Source of the DNA: a virus
Virus record (IMG/VR): IMGVR_UViG_3300030104_004631
Span: 24,153-88,152 of that record
Length of the DNA: 64,000 bases
Direction: 5' to 3' (one strand)
The number at the start of each line of letters is the position of its first letter. Within the stretch, counting starts at the first letter, position 1. This document shows positions 57,985-64,000 of this stretch, piece after piece. Position numbers and translations under genes: made by a program. A model generated the notes under the pieces. The model was not told where the DNA came from. It was given only the letters and a program-made list of their open reading frames with translations, and searched no databases.

Positions 57985-60135
57985 ATGAACACACAAGAGG
58001 TAAAAGGAACTCTCGCCAAACTGTTGGCAACCGAAAACCTTACTGTGGAACACCGTAAGGTAAGCACTGCTTGCTTTGATGTTGAAAAGCGTTTATTGAT
58101 TCTTCCTATCTGGAAGACTGCCTCTAATACCATCTATGACCTTCTAGTAGGACATGAAGTGGGTCATGCTCTATATACACCTAATACAGACTTCGGAGAT
58201 GCTCCAAAGGATTTTGTGAATGTATTAGAGGATGCTCGTATTGAGCGTATGATGAAAGTAACTTATCCTGGTCTTCGTAAGTCCTTCTTTGAAGGGTATC
58301 GTGAATTGTGGAATGATGATTTCTTTGGTGTAAAAGGTGAAGATCCTGCAGAGTTATCTTTGATTGATCGTATCAATCTTTACTTCAAAGGTAATTCAAG
58401 TATTCCTTTCTCTGATGAAGAAAAAGTATGGGTTAATCGCACAGAAAATACTAAGTCTTTCCAAGATGTTACTGATCTTGCTACAGAACTTTATGAGTAT
58501 TGTTCTGAGAAACAGGACGCAAAGGAATTAGATGAGATGCCTGAGGTTCTTGACAATCTCGATGATCTACAAGGTTCTAATTTTGAAGAGGAAATTAATA
58601 TTGACAATACTGATGATGGAGAATTGGAAGGAGAAAAAGGAGAAGGTGATTTAAATACACCCACTAGTGGATTGACAGAAGAAGAGTTGGATGAGTTAGA
58701 AGATAAAATGTATGATGATCATATAGGTGGAAAGACATCTACTCCTGATGAAACTCAGAGTGTTACAGACTCAGCATTCACTCAAGCACTTGAAACTTTA
58801 ATTGATGATAATGCTAAGGAGTGGGTATACCTTACTACTCCTAATCCTAAGGTTGAAGATTATACTATTCCTCATACTGAGATTCAAAAGAATCTATACA
58901 ACCATTTTTACGATCCTAATCAGAGTGAGAAGTGGTTTGAGAATGTTGAGTATGGTGTAGATCATTACAACACTTTCAAGAAAGATGCTCAAAAAACTGT
59001 TAACTATCTATGTAAGCAGTTTGAAATGAGGAAGTCTGCAGACGAGTATCGTCGTGCTGCAACTGCCAAGACAGGTGTTATTGATACTAACAAATTACAC
59101 ACTTACAAATACAACGAAGATATCTTTAAGAAGATCACCGTTGTTCCTGAAGGTAAGAATCATGGTTTGGTAATGTTCCTTGACTGGTCTGGTTCTATGC
59201 AGACTCAGTTGCTTGACACTCTAAAGCAAACTTACAATCTAATTTGGTTCTGTCAGAAGTCTGGTATTCCTTTTAGATTATATGCTTTCCAGTCTGGATT
59301 TAGTTCTTATGGTTATGATCATAACTCTAATATTAGTACTCAGCAGAAAGAAAATGAACTTTCTATGGGTGATGACTTCCGTCTATTTGAGTTCTTCTCT
59401 TCTCGCCAGAATAAGCAGTCTCTAGAGAAGTCTATGCAACTAGTATACCTTCAAGCGTTTGCTATGGGTGGATGGAGACTTTCTTACTATCAAGAGTATA
59501 CTCTAGGTGGAACTCCTCTTGCAGAAGCAATCTATTGCACTCGCAACATTGTTGCTAAACTTAAGGAAGTTGAGCGTGTTAGTAAAGTTAATGTTATTTG
59601 CTTGACTGATGGAGAATCAAATCCTATGAGTTACATTCATAAGTTCGATGATACTCATGATTATCGTGCTGGTGAAACCACTGAGCAGTATCTTTGCCAT
59701 GCTCGTGGTAAGGTATTCATCCTTCGTGATCCTAAGACTGGTTACAGTCGTAAGATCTCAAGTCATCCTTATGACACTACAAAGGAGATTGTATCTTTCT
59801 ATCGTGAAATCACTAATTACAATTGGGTTGGTATTCGCCTATGTAGTAAATCAGAACTAGGTAGACTTGTAAGAGAATTTTCTTATGAGGATTCTGCTTC
59901 TATTGATAAGCAATGGAGGAAAGATCGTTTTGCTTCTATTAAAGAGAAAGCAGGATTTACTGAAGCGTTCTATATGCCAGATAAGAATACTGGTCTAGGA
60001 ACTCAAGATCTTGAGGTAAAATCTAAAGCAGAAGTTGCTACCAAGGCAGAACTAACTCGTGCGTTTAAAAAACACATGGGTTCTAAAATGACTAACAAAA
60101 CTATCCTCAATGCATTCATTGAGCAAATCGCATGA
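57985..60135 (+). CDS. CobT-like metallopeptidase (HExxH) + VWA domain protein
   Basis: GHEVGH...N.LED.RIE; MIDAS DWSGSM; GGTPL; LTDGE. Confidence 0.85.
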   Translation: MNTQEVKGTLAKLLATENLTVEHRKVSTACFDVEKRLLILPIWKTASNTIYDLLVGHEVGHALYTPNTDFGDAPKDFVNVLEDARIERMMKVTYPGLRKSFFEGYRELWNDDFFGVKGEDPAELSLIDRINLYFKGNSSIPFSDEEKVWVNRTENTKSFQDVTDLATELYEYCSEKQDAKELDEMPEVLDNLDDLQGSNFEEEINIDNTDDGELEGEKGEGDLNTPTSGLTEEELDELEDKMYDDHIGGKTSTPDETQSVTDSAFTQALETLIDDNAKEWVYLTTPNPKVEDYTIPHTEIQKNLYNHFYDPNQSEKWFENVEYGVDHYNTFKKDAQKTVNYLCKQFEMRKSADEYRRAATAKTGVIDTNKLHTYKYNEDIFKKITVVPEGKNHGLVMFLDWSGSMQTQLLDTLKQTYNLIWFCQKSGIPFRLYAFQSGFSSYGYDHNSNISTQQKENELSMGDDFRLFEFFSSRQNKQSLEKSMQLVYLQAFAMGGWRLSYYQEYTLGGTPLAEAIYCTRNIVAKLKEVERVSKVNVICLTDGESNPMSYIHKFDDTHDYRAGETTEQYLCHARGKVFILRDPKTGYSRKISSHPYDTTKEIVSFYREITNYNWVGIRLCSKSELGRLVREFSYEDSASIDKQWRKDRFASIKEKAGFTEAFYMPDKNTGLGTQDLEVKSKAEVATKAELTRAFKKHMGSKMTNKTILNAFIEQIA

Positions 60136-60275
60136 AATGTAAAGTAACCCTTTTCAAAGCAGGTACAATTTTTGATGAAATTGTTATTGCTACAGATTAT
60201 GAAGATGCCAAAGAAGTTGCCTTGGCACGAAACCCTAATGCAACTATTATGGGGGTAACATCAGTATTTGAATGA
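60132..60275 (+). CDS. Small hypothetical protein (47 aa, not in ORF track)
   Basis: MKCKVTLFKAGTIFDEIVIATDYEDAKEVALARNPNATIMGVTSVFE; ATGA-coupled both ends. Confidence 0.7.
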   Translation: MKCKVTLFKAGTIFDEIVIATDYEDAKEVALARNPNATIMGVTSVFE

Positions 60276-60781
60276 ACATTTTTGTAACTGATCCTGACCC
60301 TGTTGTTTCAGCACAATGTTTGCCTGATAAACATGTGGTCAAGATGCCCCTAGAAACATGTCAAATGCTTTCTATCGTTGCGTCTGCTAGTTGGGGTCAT
60401 GGATATGGTCATTTACCTAAGAAAAAAACTGGCACATGGTATGCTACTGCTAAGGGTGCCTTTCGTAATCATCCTTGTACTATCTGGGCACAGTCTAATT
60501 TTCGTTGGTTGATCAGTCACGGTCTTGCATTATGTGAAGAGTATACACATAGATACAACAAGACGCATTCGTGCCAACTTACTCTGGAGTACGCTGATAT
60601 CATATTTCCTGATATCGAATGTCCTACTCCTTTTACACGTGCTATGCCTGATGAGTATAAACATGACACAAGCATTGACACTTTTACTGCTTACAAGAAT
60701 TACATTAGCAGCAAACCTTGGGTTGCATCTAATTATCTTCGTGACCCATCCCGACAACCAGATTGGGTGACAGTTAAATAA
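60272..60781 (+). CDS. Pyrimidine dimer DNA glycosylase (DenV-like family)
   Basis: MNIF...DKHVVKMPLE.CQML; NHPCTIW; L..EYT.RY.K.H; AMPDEYK. Confidence 0.75.
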   Translation: MNIFVTDPDPVVSAQCLPDKHVVKMPLETCQMLSIVASASWGHGYGHLPKKKTGTWYATAKGAFRNHPCTIWAQSNFRWLISHGLALCEEYTHRYNKTHSCQLTLEYADIIFPDIECPTPFTRAMPDEYKHDTSIDTFTAYKNYISSKPWVASNYLRDPSRQPDWVTVK

Positions 60782-60825
60782 GTGTCCACTAGACCCTCCC
60801 ATTCGGGGGGGTTTCCTGTTATAAT
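60767..60825 (+). promoter_or_regulatory. Early-type promoter with upstream palindromic operator
   Basis: GTGACAGTT-AAAT-AAGTGTCC, GC hairpin, then TGtTATAAT. Confidence 0.6.
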
Positions 60826-60851
60826 ATCTGTATAGACAACAAAGGAACTGT

Positions 60852-61919
60852 ATGACTTTCGCCCCAAACCCTGTGACCACTGAGCAATTAGTTCAGTATC
60901 TTTCTGAACATGTTGGAGATGAAGTTGGATGTAAGAATGTTAAAGAGGCAGCAACTCAATTAAAACTATCTTATGCTACCGCTTGTAAGCGTTTGAAGTC
61001 TTATAAAGCAGGTATTGGTAAGTGGAATTTGACTGCTGAACAAATTGAGAAAGCATATGAAGCACCTGCTGTAAATTCTGCTGCAAATTACATACCTGAA
61101 AAGGATGATTCTTATGTTCCTTTTGGTAACTTCAATAGTGTACGTAAAGTTATTTCATCTCGTAAATTCTATCCCACTTTCATTACAGGACTCTCAGGTA
61201 ATGGTAAAACAATGTCTGTTGAGCAAGCATGTGCTGCAGCAAAGAGAGAGTTGATTCGTGTCAACATCACAATCGAAACAGATGAGGATGATCTTATTGG
61301 TGGGTTCCGTCTTGTTAATGGTGATACTGTTTGGCATAACGGACCAGTCGTGGAAGCTCTTGAGAGGGGAGCTGTGTTGCTTCTAGATGAGATTGATTTA
61401 GCATCTAACAAGATCTTGTGTCTCCAGTCAGTCTTAGAAGGTAAAGGAGTGTTCCTTAAGAAGATCGGTAAGTATGTGCGTCCTTCTAGTGGATTTAATG
61501 TTATTGCAACCGCAAATACTAAAGGTAAAGGTTCTGAGGATGGTCGTTTTGTTGGAACTAACATTCTTAATGAAGCATTCCTTGAGAGATTCCCAATTAC
61601 ATTTGAGCAAGAGTATCCTACTTCTACTATAGAGACTAAGATCCTACTCAATGCTGGATGTGAGAAAGAGTTTACTGATAACCTAATCAAGTGGGCAGGT
61701 ATTATTCGTAAGACTTTCTTTGATGGTGGAGTAGATGAGGTCATTACCACTCGTCGTTTGGTTCATATCGTTCAGGCATATGACATTTTTGGTAATCGTC
61801 TGGATGCTATTACTAAGTGTGTGAATCGTTTTGATGACGATACCAAACAATCTTTCCTAGATCTCTATACTAAGGTTGACGCAGGAGAAGATTCAGAGTA
61901 TACTGATGAGGAGAAATAA
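60852..61919 (+). CDS. cobS: CobS-like MoxR/AAA+ ATPase
   Basis: GLSGNGKT Walker A; LLLDEID Walker B; ATANTKG.G; NEAFLERF. Confidence 0.88.
   Translation: MTFAPNPVTTEQLVQYLSEHVGDEVGCKNVKEAATQLKLSYATACKRLKSYKAGIGKWNLTAEQIEKAYEAPAVNSAANYIPEKDDSYVPFGNFNSVRKVISSRKFYPTFITGLSGNGKTMSVEQACAAAKRELIRVNITIETDEDDLIGGFRLVNGDTVWHNGPVVEALERGAVLLLDEIDLASNKILCLQSVLEGKGVFLKKIGKYVRPSSGFNVIATANTKGKGSEDGRFVGTNILNEAFLERFPITFEQEYPTSTIETKILLNAGCEKEFTDNLIKWAGIIRKTFFDGGVDEVITTRRLVHIVQAYDIFGNRLDAITKCVNRFDDDTKQSFLDLYTKVDAGEDSEYTDEEK
61876..61904 (+). promoter_or_regulatory. Sigma70-type promoter for the clamp/clamp-loader operon
   Basis: TTGACG-N17-TATACT inside the 3' end of cobS. Confidence 0.6.
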
Positions 61920-61922
61920 AAT

Positions 61923-62234
61923 ATGATGAAGTACAATGAAAATGAGATCTTGAAAGAGGTCTCAGACTATATTAGTCAAACTTACAGGGGTCACTACTCC
62001 TCAAACAATGTTCAGACATTGGACTTGATTGATTCAGTAGGTGACGCAGAGGCATTCTGTAGGTCTAACATATTGAAATATGCCTCAAGGTATGATAGAA
62101 AGGGTACAGCACGTAAGGACATCATTAAGATTATCCATTATGCTGTACTCCTTCTACACTTTAACGATAAGACTGCTGCAGCAAATGCTCTCCAGTCCAC
62201 CTCCACTCCTTTCTCCGTTGATTATGACAAGTAA
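61923..62234 (+). CDS. DUF3310-like hypothetical protein
   Basis: TY..HY; FC..NILKY..RY..K....DI.K..HYA. Confidence 0.75.
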   Translation: MMKYNENEILKEVSDYISQTYRGHYSSNNVQTLDLIDSVGDAEAFCRSNILKYASRYDRKGTARKDIIKIIHYAVLLLHFNDKTAAANALQSTSTPFSVDYDK

Positions 62235-62894
62235 ATGACAGTAATTACCAAACCAACAATTGAAGTCCTTAAGAACTTTTGTTCTATCAACAAATCTATT
62301 GTTATTAAACCTGGCAATCAAATTGCTACGCTTAGTATTAATAAGAATATACTTGCTATTGCTGATGTTGAAGAGCAGTTTGACTCCCAAATTTCTATCT
62401 ATGATCTGGGAGTATTCCTTGGAGGTCTATCTTTATTTGATCAACCAAAGATCGATACTACAGATTCAAATTATGTCACTGTAAGTGATCAGCGTGGAAA
62501 GTCTAAGACTCGTTTCTTCTATGCTGATCCTGATATAATTACGCAACCTCCAGAGAAAGAGATTGCTATTCCTTCTGTGGATGTTAAGTTTCGTCTTGAG
62601 GCAGGTATTTTGCAGCAACTTCAACGTGCTGCTATGGTCTATCAATTACCAGACCTATGTCTTTATGGAGATGGTACTGAGATGAGTCTATGTGTAACTG
62701 ATAAGAAGAATGATACTTCTAATAGTTACTCAGTTCAGGTTGGTGTTAGTGATGATGAGTTCTGTTATTGTTTCAAAGTTGAGAATTTAAAACTTCTTGC
62801 TGGAGATTATAATGTAACTATTAGTAAGCAGAATGTTGCCCTCTTCCAAGGTAGTGGCATTAAATACTTTATTGCACTGGAACCTAATGCCTAA
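62235..62894 (+). CDS. gp45: DNA polymerase sliding clamp gp45
   Basis: LKNF.SIN.SI; IYDL..FL; FKVENLK...GDY.V; Y.IALE. Confidence 0.95.
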   Translation: MTVITKPTIEVLKNFCSINKSIVIKPGNQIATLSINKNILAIADVEEQFDSQISIYDLGVFLGGLSLFDQPKIDTTDSNYVTVSDQRGKSKTRFFYADPDIITQPPEKEIAIPSVDVKFRLEAGILQQLQRAAMVYQLPDLCLYGDGTEMSLCVTDKKNDTSNSYSVQVGVSDDEFCYCFKVENLKLLAGDYNVTISKQNVALFQGSGIKYFIALEPNA

Positions 62895-63831
62895 TGATTT
62901 TTTATGGGTAGAGAAGTATCGTCCGAAAACTATTGAGGACTGTATACTTCCTACAGATGTGAAGAGTACCTTTAAAGGTTTTGTAGATCAGGGTGAGATT
63001 CCCAATCTATTACTTTCTGGTACTGCTGGTGTAGGCAAGACAACCATTGCTAAAGCACTATGTAACGAATTAGGGGTAGATAGTTATGTCATTAATGGGT
63101 CTGATGAGGGTAGATTCTTGGACACTGTACGCAATCAGGCAAAATCCTTTGCTGCTACTGTTTCTCTTACATCTACATCTCGTCATAAAGTTCTCATTAT
63201 TGATGAAGCAGACAATACGACAGCGGATGTACAACTACTCCTCAGGGCATCGATTGAAGAGTTTCAAAAGAACTGCAGGTTCATATTCACGTGTAACTTT
63301 AAGAATAAAATCATAGAACCATTACATAGTAGAACAACAGTAATAGATTTCAATGTCCGTGGAAAAACTAAACAAACTCTGGCGGCAGAGTTCTTTGAAA
63401 GATGTAGAGATATCTTGTCCAGAGAGAAAGTACGGTTCAATGACAAAGTGGTTGCCACAGTCGTCCAACAATACTTCCCAGACTTCAGAAGAGTCCTTAA
63501 CGAACTCCAGAGATATAGCTCTACAGGTGATATCGACACTGGAATCCTTGCAACGTTAGGTGATGCTAAGATAGATACACTGGTAGATGCATTAAAGAAT
63601 AAGAAGTTCAATGATGTGAAGAAGTGGGTTACTCAAAATCTTGATAGTGATCCTGTTTCTATAATGCGTAAATTGTATGACAATCTGTCCTCTGTGATGG
63701 ATGGTCCTAGTGTTGCTGCAGCAGTATTAATTATTGCTGAGTATCAATACAAATCTGCCTTTGTAGTGGATCAGGAGATTAACCTCCTTGCATGTTTAAC
63801 TCAATTAATGTTGGAGTGTAACTTTAAATGA
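62887..63831 (+). CDS. gp44: Clamp loader large subunit gp44
   Basis: LWVEKYRP; GTAGVGKTT; IIDEAD; PLHSR; FPDFRR. Start at ATG 62887. Confidence 0.96.
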   Translation: MPNDFLWVEKYRPKTIEDCILPTDVKSTFKGFVDQGEIPNLLLSGTAGVGKTTIAKALCNELGVDSYVINGSDEGRFLDTVRNQAKSFAATVSLTSTSRHKVLIIDEADNTTADVQLLLRASIEEFQKNCRFIFTCNFKNKIIEPLHSRTTVIDFNVRGKTKQTLAAEFFERCRDILSREKVRFNDKVVATVVQQYFPDFRRVLNELQRYSSTGDIDTGILATLGDAKIDTLVDALKNKKFNDVKKWVTQNLDSDPVSIMRKLYDNLSSVMDGPSVAAAVLIIAEYQYKSAFVVDQEINLLACLTQLMLECNFK

Positions 63832-64000
63832 CTTATGAAAAGCACAAAGCGACCCTTCTCAAACTCCTAAAGGAGAGAGCATATAAAAAGGGAGCGTATA
63901 CATTATCATCTGGCAAACGCTCAGAACATTATGTTAATTGTAAACCTGTAACACTATCGTGTGAGGGTAATGCACTCCTATCATCATTGATTTATAGTGA
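63828..64000 (+). CDS. pyrE: Orotate phosphoribosyltransferase, 3'-truncated by the window
   Basis: MTYEKHKATLLKLLKERAYKKGAYTLSSGKRSEHYVNCKPVTL matches the PyrE N-terminal G.F.LSSG..S..Y motif; ATGA-coupled to gp44. Confidence 0.75.
   Translation, partial: MTYEKHKATLLKLLKERAYKKGAYTLSSGKRSEHYVNCKPVTLSCEGNALLSSLIYS

Noticed and set aside
61169-61750. 193-aa minus-strand ORF inside cobS, and similar ones in gp21, gp22 and the fibre
   Set aside because: In-register antisense shadows of conserved genes, rich in S/P/T/V; no promoter or RBS seen.

Overview
This is a 64 kb, AT-rich, almost entirely plus-strand segment of a T4-like cyanomyovirus genome. The purM/purN/pyrE content and single tRNA-Asn suggest a Prochlorococcus phage P-SSM2-like virus (inference). 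The order is: baseplate and fibre genes (large structural protein, gp9-like, gp7-like, gp8, VrlC/DUF4815, long fibre), gp13-gp16, an accessory island (Lys-rich head proteins, purM, flavin halogenase-like, SNase, small membrane proteins), gp17-gp23, then gp3, uvsY, 2OG-Fe(II) oxygenase, uvsW, gp55, gp47, gp46, purN, a CobT/CobS-like VWA-AAA pair, denV-like, gp45, gp44 and a truncated pyrE. The strongest candidate for an undescribed system lies just after gp23. There, a late-promoter unit encodes a catalytic-domain-only class IIb (Asn/Asp-type) aminoacyl-tRNA-synthetase paralogue, followed 7 nt later by a chimeric tRNA (GUU/Asn anticodon, U1-A72 and G73, but a Leu-type body with long variable arm and U37). 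An NtcA box and a small CxxxC-x6-CxxxC protein follow. Other notable items: a promoter-backed antisense ORF inside uvsW, amicyanin-type copper motifs in baseplate proteins, a bidirectional sigma70 promoter at gp55, and a repeated palindromic operator before two early-type promoters. All calls come from reading motifs by eye; no database searches were run.
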